Part shown: positions 8,981 through 16,086 of the stretch, piece after piece | Layout of the letters: each line of letters begins with the position of its first letter | Numbering within the stretch: the first letter of the stretch is position 1 | Source: Verrucomicrobia bacterium UBA3869 | Lineage (GTDB): Bacteria > Verrucomicrobiota > Verrucomicrobiia > Opitutales > UBA9783 | Reading direction: 5' to 3' | Assembly (NCBI GenBank): GCA_002392285.1 | Contig: DGGR01000045.1 | Span: 1 to 21,325, forward strand | Length of the DNA stretch: 21,325 nt | Position numbers and translations under genes: made by a program | Notes under the pieces: generated by a model | What the model saw: only the letters and a program-made list of their open reading frames with translations | Database searches by the model: none | Told to the model about the DNA's origin: nothing

Positions 8981-9592
8981 ATGGTTGTAGATAAGACAAA
9001 ATCAAAGGAAGCATCTAAGGTGGAAGAGGAAGTAAAGCCTGTAACGGATGCTAAAAAACGTTCTCCTCGTACTGCTACGAAAGCCACAGCAAAACAACCT
9101 AAAGCGCAGGAGAAATCAAAAGAAAGCGAAGCTCAGCCTGTTGAGGAAAAACAACCCGCTGGTGGAGCTGCAGTAGCTCAAAATACGTTAGATTCAGAGG
9201 GCGCTCAAGGAGAATTAAAAATCAAACGTGCGAAAAACAGCAAAAATGTTACGGTAGGTGTCTGCCACATTTCTGCAACCTTTAACAACACGATAGTGGT
9301 ATTTACCGATTTAAAAGGTAACGTTTTATCTTGGTCTAGTGCCGGCCGTTGTGGTTTTAAAGGTGCACGCAAATCAACAGCTTATGCCGGTCAGGTGGTA
9401 TCTGTTGAGGCTGCCAAATTGGCGATGGGGCATGGGGTGCGCGAAATTTCTATAGAAGTAAAAGGCCCAGGAATAGGGCGCGATGCAGCTATTCGGTCTT
9501 TACAAACTTTAGGGTTAACGGTTTCATCTATTAAGGACGTTACACCCATTCCTCATAATGGATGCCGCCCCCGTAAACGTCGCTATGTATAA
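8981..9592 (+). CDS. rpsK: 30S ribosomal protein S11 with a ~74-aa low-complexity N-terminal extension
   Basis: 203 aa. The S11 core is [22 protein letters not shown] ... [14 protein letters not shown] ... [15 protein letters not shown] ... [16 protein letters not shown]. There is no internal ATG before the core, so the extension must be translated if ATG 8981 is used. Confidence 0.93.
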   Translation: MVVDKTKSKEASKVEEEVKPVTDAKKRSPRTATKATAKQPKAQEKSKESEAQPVEEKQPAGGAAVAQNTLDSEGAQGELKIKRAKNSKNVTVGVCHISATFNNTIVVFTDLKGNVLSWSSAGRCGFKGARKSTAYAGQVVSVEAAKLAMGHGVREISIEVKGPGIGRDAAIRSLQTLGLTVSSIKDVTPIPHNGCRPRKRRYV

Positions 9593-9606
9593 AGAAAGAT
9601 TAAATC

Positions 9607-10212
9607 ATGCGTTATACAGGACCTACTACTCGTATTAATCGTCGTTTTAAGACGGTCATTTTCCCCGTTACCAAGGCTTATGAGCGTAAACCTTATTTGC
9701 CTGGTATGCATGGAGCTCATTTAAAGCGTCGTATTAGCGATTATACTTTGGGCTTAAATGAGAAGCAAAAAGCTCGCTTTATGTTTGGGGTATCGGAACG
9801 TCAATTCCGTTTGATGTTTGAGGCTGCCAAGGGTATGTCTGGGTTGGCCGGTGAAAACTTACTGCGCTTATTAGAGTTGCGTTTGGATAACATTGTATAT
9901 CGTTTAGGATTTGCTAAAACCCGTGCTGCTGCTCGTCAAATGGTTATGCATGGGCATGTGAAAGTGAATGACCGCAAGGTCAACATCCCAAGCTATATTT
10001 GCAAAGCCGGTGAGGTTATAAGTATTGGGGAGAAAGCCGTTTCTCGTCAATTAGCAACCCATGGTTTGGAAGCAACTCAAGGACGTGAATGCCCTAGCTG
10101 GTTATCTGTTGTTCAAGACCAATTAAAGGGAACAGTCGATCGTATTCCAGTTCGTGAAGAAATGGTTCAAGATATTGATGAACAATTGATTGTAGGATAC
10201 TACAGTCGTTAA
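9607..10212 (+). CDS. rpsD: 30S ribosomal protein S4
   Basis: 201 aa. It has the MRYTGPTTRINRR N-terminus and an S4 RNA-binding domain (RLDNIVYRLGFAKTRAAARQMVMHGHVKVN). Confidence 0.95.
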   Translation: MRYTGPTTRINRRFKTVIFPVTKAYERKPYLPGMHGAHLKRRISDYTLGLNEKQKARFMFGVSERQFRLMFEAAKGMSGLAGENLLRLLELRLDNIVYRLGFAKTRAAARQMVMHGHVKVNDRKVNIPSYICKAGEVISIGEKAVSRQLATHGLEATQGRECPSWLSVVQDQLKGTVDRIPVREEMVQDIDEQLIVGYYSR

Positions 10213-10231
10213 TGGAAATATTTTTAGAAAT

Positions 10232-11245
10232 ATGCAAGCTCCTAAAGTATTAAAAGAATTTGTGCTACCTACGAAACTGCGGCAGGTTTCTGAAACAGCG
10301 ACTTCTACATTTACCTGTTTTGTTTTGGATCCCCTTGAAAAGGGATTTGGTCATACCTTAGGTAATGCATTTCGAAGGATATTGCTGAGTTCGATTGAAG
10401 GAGCAGCTATTACTTCGGTCAAAATCGAAGGTATTCAGCATGAATTTCAGCACGACAAGGGGATTTTTGAAGATGTAACCGAAATTGTTTTGAACTTGAA
10501 GAAGGTTCTTTTAAAAGCGCGCTTAAAAGAACCTGTTACTTTATCGATTGATGTGAATAAGCTCGGAGCAGTTACGGCTAAAGACATTAAGTTGTCTAAT
10601 GGAATTGAAGTTGTAAACCCAGAGCAAGTGATCTGTACCTTAACTGAAAAACGGCGCTTTAAGGCAGAATTAACCGTTGATATGGATCGCAATTATCGCT
10701 TGGCTAAGGATAACCGTAAGCCCGATCAGGCGTTAGGAACGATTCCGATTGATAGTTTATTTAGTCCGGTGACTTTGGTGAGTTATCATGTGGAAAATAC
10801 CCGTGTTGGTAACATTACGGATTATGATAAGTTATTTTTGGAAGTTACCACTGATGGCCGTATTACTCCCCAGGATGCTGTAAAGGAAGCAAGTGCGATT
10901 TTGAGTCTTCATTTGAAGTTATTTGAAGATCTTTCTGAAGAAGCTATTCGTTTTGAATCTTCGAAGACCTCTGATGAATCTGTGGGCAATAAAGAGAATC
11001 GTTTACATACTTTATTGCAAACAAGCGTTAATGTGTTAGATTTATCGGTGCGTTCCGCTAACTGTCTGAATAAAGAAAAGATTATGACCTTGGGGCAATT
11101 GGCACGCAGACCAGAAAGCGAATTGTTGCAATGTCGTAACTTTGGTAAAAAATCTCTTGATGAGATTAAAGAAAAATTGGAAAGTTTTGGATTGTCGCTC
11201 GGAATGCAAATTGATGAAAATATGTTGAGCGATTCATTAAGATAA
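10232..11245 (+). CDS. rpoA: DNA-directed RNA polymerase subunit alpha
   Basis: 337 aa. The N-terminal domain has GFGHTLGNAFRRILLSSIEGAAITSVKIEG. The C-terminal domain has LDLSVRSANCLNKEKIMTLGQL ... NFGKKSLDEIKEKL. It sits in the canonical slot. Confidence 0.96.
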   Translation: MQAPKVLKEFVLPTKLRQVSETATSTFTCFVLDPLEKGFGHTLGNAFRRILLSSIEGAAITSVKIEGIQHEFQHDKGIFEDVTEIVLNLKKVLLKARLKEPVTLSIDVNKLGAVTAKDIKLSNGIEVVNPEQVICTLTEKRRFKAELTVDMDRNYRLAKDNRKPDQALGTIPIDSLFSPVTLVSYHVENTRVGNITDYDKLFLEVTTDGRITPQDAVKEASAILSLHLKLFEDLSEEAIRFESSKTSDESVGNKENRLHTLLQTSVNVLDLSVRSANCLNKEKIMTLGQLARRPESELLQCRNFGKKSLDEIKEKLESFGLSLGMQIDENMLSDSLR

Positions 11246-11268
11246 ATAATTAAAGTAGTTTTTGTATT

Positions 11269-11823
11269 ATGCGTCATTTAAATCATCGTTTTCAATTAGG
11301 AGTTAAACAGGAGCATCGTAAGGCTTTGATGGCTAATTTAATGGCGCAGCTGTTTTTGAACGGAAAGATTAAAACTACGTTAGCGAAAGCTAAAGCCTTA
11401 CGTCCTTGTTCGGAAAAGGTTATTACCTTAGCGAAAGATGCAGCTAATAGCCAATTACCAATCGAAAAGTTGCACTATCGTCGTTTAGCAATTGCTCGTG
11501 TTCATAATGAAGCAGCGGTCAAAAAGCTGTTCGAAGAAACCGTTCAGCAATTTTTAAAGCGCAACGGAGGTTATACGCGCATTTACAAATTAATGAATCG
11601 GGTAGGGGATGGTGCTCCTATGGCTCTGATTCAGTTGGTTGAAGAAGCTGAAGCACGTCGTTCGTCTTCTAAACCAAAAGCCAAAAAGACAGCGGAATCA
11701 GCTAAAAATGCCCCTAAAGCAGTCCCTTCTGGAGCTGAAAAAACAGATGAAGTAGCTCCTAAAGCTGAAGCAACGGCAAAAAAAGTTGCTAAAAAAGCTG
11801 AAGAACCCGCTAAGTCTGAATAA
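11269..11823 (+). CDS. rplQ: 50S ribosomal protein L17 with a ~60-aa Ala/Lys/Glu/Pro-rich C-terminal extension
   Basis: 184 aa. It has MRHLNHRFQLGVKQEHRKALMANL ... GGYTRIYKL. It is the last gene of the alpha-operon block. Confidence 0.94.
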   Translation: MRHLNHRFQLGVKQEHRKALMANLMAQLFLNGKIKTTLAKAKALRPCSEKVITLAKDAANSQLPIEKLHYRRLAIARVHNEAAVKKLFEETVQQFLKRNGGYTRIYKLMNRVGDGAPMALIQLVEEAEARRSSSKPKAKKTAESAKNAPKAVPSGAEKTDEVAPKAEATAKKVAKKAEEPAKSE

Positions 11824-11863
11824 GTCTTAGTATTCTGCCTAATAAGGATTATTTTTTACTTAA

Positions 11864-12703
11864 ATGGTAAATATGATCCCCCAAGAGGTTATTGATTTTA
11901 TCCTAGGTCAGTGGGGGAATTTTACTGAGTGTGATGTTCATTTCCCACCCGAAATTTGGCAGGATTTATGCAACAAAGCTTATCGTGATTTAGGTGCTTC
12001 TTCGGCAGCAAATCCTCATCCGTTTTGTATTCGTTTGGTTGGACAATCAGGGTCAGGGAAATCCTCTCAATTATTGCCGTCAGTACAATCCGCTTTAGAT
12101 AAGTATCATTATCCCTTCGTCATAATTGCTGTACGGAATTTTGTCCCGTATCATCCGCATATTGAAGCTATTAAGCAGCAATATGATCAGGGGATAATAC
12201 GTGAAAAAACGAATGCATTTGCCTTAATCCTATTAACCATGGTGTTGATTCATTGTATCGAACAACAGCGTTCTATCCTGCTGGACATGACGTTATTAGC
12301 CCCAAAATATGAGCAAATGATTCATAAGTACCTGCAGGCGCATCATTATGCCTGCGATTATCAATGTATGGCGATTCGTAAAGAAGTATCGGATGCGTGG
12401 ATTGCAGAACGTTGTCGTGCAACAGGGCGTGTGGTAGAAAAAAGTTCGTCAGGTTTCTTTTACAATACCCTTGAGCCTGCTTTTATGAGCTTACAGGCAT
12501 TTGCTAGCATTACCAATAGGGTTATTATTTGGGATCGTGCTCACCCACAACCTATGATTACCCAGTTAGGGGATGAACAGCTGTGGGAAAAATTTACTGC
12601 AGCCCGTCAGGTACCTGCTCCGTTTTTAAACTTTGATGAAGCTTTAGCGAGTAAAAAAGCGTTTTTACACACCTTTTATTCAGTTTTACCGTCAAGAAAA
12701 TGA
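11864..12703 (+). CDS. P-loop NTPase/kinase-like protein, distantly zeta-toxin (AAA_33/Zeta_toxin)-like; function unknown
   Basis: 279-aa ORF. It has a Walker A motif VGQSGSGKSS (nt 12041-12067), followed by FVIIAVRNFVPYHPHIEAIKQQY. By eye this is colinear with the zeta/PezT segment [23 protein letters not shown]. A Walker-B-like SILLDMT follows. It has no ABC signature and no transmembrane segments. The family call rests on memory of zeta-toxin sequences. Confidence 0.55.
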   Translation: MVNMIPQEVIDFILGQWGNFTECDVHFPPEIWQDLCNKAYRDLGASSAANPHPFCIRLVGQSGSGKSSQLLPSVQSALDKYHYPFVIIAVRNFVPYHPHIEAIKQQYDQGIIREKTNAFALILLTMVLIHCIEQQRSILLDMTLLAPKYEQMIHKYLQAHHYACDYQCMAIRKEVSDAWIAERCRATGRVVEKSSSGFFYNTLEPAFMSLQAFASITNRVIIWDRAHPQPMITQLGDEQLWEKFTAARQVPAPFLNFDEALASKKAFLHTFYSVLPSRK

Positions 12704-12712
12704 TTTTCTGGT

Positions 12713-12742
12713 TTGACAAATTGATAGGTTTCAGTGAATTAA
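12713..12742 (+). promoter_or_regulatory. Candidate sigma70-type promoter for tRNA-Asn (and possibly the downstream lipoprotein gene)
   Basis: A perfect -35 TTGACA lies at 12713-12718. Only weak -10 candidates exist (TGAATT at 12735-12740 with a 16-nt spacer; AATTAA at 12737-12742 with an 18-nt spacer). The tRNA 5' end is at 12753. Confidence 0.3.
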
Positions 12743-12752
12743 CAAACAGAGT

Positions 12753-12827
<75 letters not shown>

Positions 12828-12841
12828 ATTAATAATTTTTT

Positions 12842-13936
12842 ATGAAACGTATCTATCTATTAACTGGTTGTGTTGCTTTCGCAATAGGTGGTTGTACTGA
12901 AATCACATCAAAGGATGCGATTTCTGCGCAAAGTGCATACAATAATGCACTTGTTAACAATAATAACCAAGAATTGTTATTGAATATTGTGCGATTACGT
13001 TATGGAGAATATCCTACATTTGTAGAGGTTACTTCCATGAATCATAATAACAATATTAAGAGTGGTTCAAGCTTTGGATTTAATAAAACCATTATGGGTG
13101 CTATGGATGGAAAATATCCAGGTTCAATGAGTCTCAGTTTAAGCCCATCTTATGAAAATTTATCAGGTGCTAGTTATGGGAGATTAGCAGGAAAAGAGTA
13201 TGTCAAAAAATTCATGACTCCTATTTCCTTCCCAGTTGTAACTTCTTTAATCCAATCGGGGTGGTCGTTAGAAGAAGTATTTAATCTGTGTATTGAACGT
13301 ATCAACGATTTGTATAACGCAGATACTGCTGATGGTCCAGTACCCGAAATTGCTCCTGAGTATGAATCGTTTGCCTATTTCGCTCACTTATTGGACGAAT
13401 TGCACAAGCAACCGAATCACTTGGTGTATTTTAATCAAAAACCAAGCACCAATTTTTCTAAATTGTACATGCAAATTAAAGAAAAAGCGGGTTATCGTAC
13501 AAAAGCTCAACAAGTTAAACAGTTAGCTGGATTGGATACCAATAAAACGTTATTTGAGATTAAAGATAACTTCTTGGATCAAGATTCAGAATCGTTAGTT
13601 GTTCAATGCAGAACCTTGTTAGGTGTTCTCTACTTTGCATCTAAGGGAGTTGAGGTTCCTCAGCTGGATATCGATGGACATGTCGCAGGAGGTTCTAAGG
13701 ATCGTTGGGGAAAACCCTTTGATTGGAAGAAAGTTTGCACTCGATTCCATGTTGCTTGGTCAGTAGATTGCCCGAAAAATGCTTATGTTGCATGCGAATA
13801 TCGAGGCACTTGGTTCTATATCGCGGATGACGATATTCAATCTAAGAATACCTTCTCATTAATTATGCAATTGATGTTCTTGCAATCTTCGCAGTACAAT
13901 TCGAGCAATCCGTTATTGGTTGTTACCGCAAACTAA
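12842..13936 (+). CDS. Putative lipoprotein of unknown function
   Basis: 364-aa ORF. The N-terminus MKRIYLLTGCVAFAIGGC has a basic n-region, a hydrophobic core and a lipobox-like IGG|C (Cys18). The mature part is Asn/Ser-rich and hydrophilic. It ends with WFYIADDDIQSKNTFSLIMQLMFLQ. I recognise no domain in it. Confidence 0.75.
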   Translation: MKRIYLLTGCVAFAIGGCTEITSKDAISAQSAYNNALVNNNNQELLLNIVRLRYGEYPTFVEVTSMNHNNNIKSGSSFGFNKTIMGAMDGKYPGSMSLSLSPSYENLSGASYGRLAGKEYVKKFMTPISFPVVTSLIQSGWSLEEVFNLCIERINDLYNADTADGPVPEIAPEYESFAYFAHLLDELHKQPNHLVYFNQKPSTNFSKLYMQIKEKAGYRTKAQQVKQLAGLDTNKTLFEIKDNFLDQDSESLVVQCRTLLGVLYFASKGVEVPQLDIDGHVAGGSKDRWGKPFDWKKVCTRFHVAWSVDCPKNAYVACEYRGTWFYIADDDIQSKNTFSLIMQLMFLQSSQYNSSNPLLVVTAN

Positions 13937-13960
13937 AGTAATCGCGCGTTTTTAAAATAT

Positions 13961-13995
13961 GCCCCGAAGGATAACCTTTTGGGGCGTTTTTATTT
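13961..13995. terminator. Bidirectional rho-independent terminator between convergent genes
   Basis: The hairpin is GCCCCGAAGG (13961-13970), loop ATAA, CCTTTTGGGGC (13975-13985; 10 bp including a G-T pair, with one bulged T). GTTTTTATTT follows on the + strand. On the - strand the same hairpin is followed by ATATTTTAAAAA. It lies between the lipoprotein stop (13936) and the hydrolase stop (14017). Confidence 0.8.
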
Positions 13996-14016
13996 ATGTA
14001 ATCAATGCAAAAAAGT

Positions 14017-14901
14017 TTATTGTTGCTGTAAAAACGTTAAAATTGCTTGGTTAACACGCGAGCGTGCGTCTTCAAGAACATAATGTCCTGCAGTATCGTA
14101 GCACTGTACTTGAGCGTTTGGAAAGTAGGTTTTCCATTGCATTAAAAAGTGCGAATTAAAGCAAAAATCCTTCATGCCCCATGCCAACAAACAGGGTTTG
14201 TTTGATAAAAGCGGCAGTCGGTTTTGAATCGACTCAAGCAGCGCATAACTGGGATGCTGAGGGTTCATAGGAATATCTTGCACAAATGCTTGAATGGCGA
14301 TTCGATCTGCAACTGTGCGATAAGGATATAAATACCCATGTTTGACGTTTTTATGCAAAGGATGGACTGAGGCCATAACCGTTGCTGCTTGGGCAAACGA
14401 ATTTAAGTGTGTTATAGACCATGCGCCAAAGCATGTTCGGCAAAAAGCGATGCGATAAGGCATCCTTTTCGATAAAAAACCTGCCGAATTGAGGATTGTT
14501 AAGGAACGTATTTTTTCAGGGCATTGGGTTGCAATTCCCATCCCGATGGCCCCACCCCAATCATGAACTACCAAATGAAATGATTTCAACGCTAGGTGCT
14601 CTAACCAACGCAGAGCATTATCGATGTGCTGGTTTAAGCAATAAGGATATGTTTGCGGCTTATCTGACAAACCACAACCCATATGATCCAACGCTAAACA
14701 GCGGTAATACGGGCTTAAATAGCGAATTAAATGACGATAATAAAACGACCATGTGGGATTCCCATGCAGCATAACCACTGCTTCAGCTTGCGGTTCTCCT
14801 TCATCGACATAATGCAGTTGGAGATTTTGATCTACCGGGAAAAAATGATGCGCAAAGGGATATAACTCCGCTAACCATTCAGGTAATGTTAGTTTTGCCA
14901 T
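14017..14901 (-). CDS. Alpha/beta-fold hydrolase with Asp nucleophile (haloalkane-dehalogenase-like / OleB-like)
   Basis: 294 aa. It has LHYVDEG, VVMLHGNPTWSFYYRHLI, DHMGCGLSDKP, a nucleophile elbow VVHDWGGAIG (Asp114, not Ser), and a C-terminal DTAGHYVLEDA (His273). The start overlaps the upstream KAS III stop by 13 nt. Confidence 0.8.
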   Translation of the reverse strand: MAKLTLPEWLAELYPFAHHFFPVDQNLQLHYVDEGEPQAEAVVMLHGNPTWSFYYRHLIRYLSPYYRCLALDHMGCGLSDKPQTYPYCLNQHIDNALRWLEHLALKSFHLVVHDWGGAIGMGIATQCPEKIRSLTILNSAGFLSKRMPYRIAFCRTCFGAWSITHLNSFAQAATVMASVHPLHKNVKHGYLYPYRTVADRIAIQAFVQDIPMNPQHPSYALLESIQNRLPLLSNKPCLLAWGMKDFCFNSHFLMQWKTYFPNAQVQCYDTAGHYVLEDARSRVNQAILTFLQQQ

Positions 14902-15929
14902 AAAATGCCCAACATAAGCGTATTGAGTCCGCTGCCGATTCCTAACAATAATACTTTATCATTGGCATGAATGCGTTGGGTTTCAATCGCGTATCCTAAG
15001 GAAATGGGTAAGGCAACCGAACCAGTGTTTCCAAGAAAACTAAAGGTAGATACATCCTTATCGATCGGCAAGCTCAACGCTTCATAAATCTTCTTTTGGT
15101 GTTGTAACCCAACCTGATGAGTAATGATACACTGAGGTGTGGAGGCGTCCCAATCCATTTCCGATTGGAAAATAGACCATGCAGCTTGGGATAATTGAAT
15201 ACCGGATTCCAATAGGGCAGTGGAATCGGTCTGCATAGTTAATCCTCCCGGGATAGCCTGACCTTCGCATAAATTGCTTGCTTGTGAATCGGTACGTACA
15301 ATGCCACCCAACAAAAGCGGTTTTGGGGAGCTTACATCGCGTCGGTTTCGCAGAAGAATTGCAACTGCTCCAGACCCAATGGTGAAGTTTGCAAAATACG
15401 GTTTGATGGACGAACGGCTCAAATTGGGGTCATTCAGCAAGGTTTTTAGGGTGTTGTCTAACAAAGGCCGACCGTTTTCTCCTGATACAATCAGAACGGA
15501 TCGCACGATATTGGTTTCAATCATCGACGCCCCAACCACACATGCGTTTAATACCCCAAGGCACGCATTCGATACATCAAAGCAATGGGTATGCGGCGAT
15601 AAACCTAAATGCTTATGGACATAAGACGCAGTTGCAGGCTCCAAACGGTCACGGCAGACAGATGCATAAATCAACCCATCAATTTGGTTGCGAGGACAAT
15701 CGGTTTTTTTTAATAGCGCTTCACCCGCTTTTGTGGCTGCTTCCGACGGTAAAAATTCAAGGGGCCAATGGCGCCGTTCGCGAATCCCCGTCATCAGCTC
15801 TAATCGTCCTGGTTGTAAATGTAGCCGTTGGTATACTGGGGCCAATGCTTGTTCGATGCGTTCCGATGTCCACCGTTCTTCCGGTAGTGCATAGGCGATA
15901 GAATCAATAACTACTTGATTGAAATGCAT
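14889..15929 (-). CDS. KAS III (FabH)-family thiolase-fold condensing enzyme, OleA-like
   Basis: 346 aa from the ATG at 15929 (MHFNQVVIDSIAY...). The ORF-track start at 15989 runs through tRNA-Pro, so I trimmed it. Motifs are VCRDRLEPATAS, FDVSNACLGV (Cys123), ITHQVG, GNTGSVALPI and LLGIGSGLN. From memory this pattern is closer to OleA than to housekeeping FabH. Confidence 0.8.
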   Translation of the reverse strand: MHFNQVVIDSIAYALPEERWTSERIEQALAPVYQRLHLQPGRLELMTGIRERRHWPLEFLPSEAATKAGEALLKKTDCPRNQIDGLIYASVCRDRLEPATASYVHKHLGLSPHTHCFDVSNACLGVLNACVVGASMIETNIVRSVLIVSGENGRPLLDNTLKTLLNDPNLSRSSIKPYFANFTIGSGAVAILLRNRRDVSSPKPLLLGGIVRTDSQASNLCEGQAIPGGLTMQTDSTALLESGIQLSQAAWSIFQSEMDWDASTPQCIITHQVGLQHQKKIYEALSLPIDKDVSTFSFLGNTGSVALPISLGYAIETQRIHANDKVLLLGIGSGLNTLMLGILWQN

Positions 15930-15940
15930 GAACTCAATTC

Positions 15941-16017
15941 TGGTCGGGATGGTGAGACTCGAACTCACGACATCATGCTCCCAAAGCATGCGCTCTACCA
16001 GGCTGAACTACATCCCG
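15941..16017 (-). tRNA. tRNA-Pro (anticodon TGG), CCA encoded
   Basis: Minus-strand cloverleaf: acceptor CGGGATG/CATCCCG, D arm GTTC-AGCCTGGTA-GAGC, anticodon arm CATGC-TTTGGGA-GCATG, variable ATGTC, T arm GTGAG-TTCGAGT-CTCAC, discriminator A, CCA. Total 77 nt. Confidence 0.93.
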
Positions 16018-16031
16018 AAATAATATTAAGT

Positions 16032-16058
16032 ACTATAGGCAATTATGCCTTAAGTCAA
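16032..16058 (-). promoter_or_regulatory. Candidate sigma70-type promoter for tRNA-Pro and possibly the downstream two-gene cassette
   Basis: On the minus strand, TTGACT (plus coordinates 16053-16058) is followed by a 15-nt spacer and TATAGT (16032-16037). The -10 element ends 14 nt upstream of the tRNA 5' end (16017). The spacer is at the short end of the functional range. Confidence 0.35.
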
Positions 16059-16086
16059 TGGTTAATCACAGTTATCACAAAAGTAC

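Noticed and set aside
10909-11277. 122-aa minus-strand ORF antisense to the rpoA C-terminal domain
   Set aside because: It is a shadow ORF opposite a conserved gene, with low-complexity and unrecognisable sequence.
11826-11857. Possible terminator after rplQ: CTTAGTA-(7-nt loop)-TAATAAG followed by GATTATTTTTT
   Set aside because: The stem has only 6 AT-rich base pairs and an internal mismatch, which is far too weak to call. At most it is a leaky attenuator, so read-through into the P-loop gene remains likely.
14233-14241. 9-nt inverted match (CTCAAGCAG) to the tRNA-Asn acceptor/T-arm 3' segment, considered as a possible att remnant
   Set aside because: It lies inside the hydrolase coding sequence in the wrong orientation, and its length is expected by chance in a 21-kb window. 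I saw no direct repeat of either tRNA 3' end and no integrase, so a classical integrated island is not supported.
15274-15901. Two plus-strand ORFs (116 and 119 aa), plus a 68-aa one, antisense to the KAS III gene
   Set aside because: They overlap a gene with clear catalytic motifs. They are Arg/Pro-rich shadow-frame translations with no start context.
15930-15989. ORF-track N-terminal extension of the KAS III gene (MLWEHDVVSSSLTIPTRIEF)
   Set aside because: These 60 nt overlap the T arm and 3' half of tRNA-Pro (15941-16017) on the same strand. The conserved protein begins at MHFNQVVIDS (ATG 15929).
16061-16079. Tandem imperfect direct repeat GTTAATCACA/GTTATCACA between the antiporter stop and the putative tRNA-Pro promoter
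   Set aside because: It is a single short duplication in an AT-rich spacer. It could be a regulator site, but it cannot be distinguished from chance by sequence alone.
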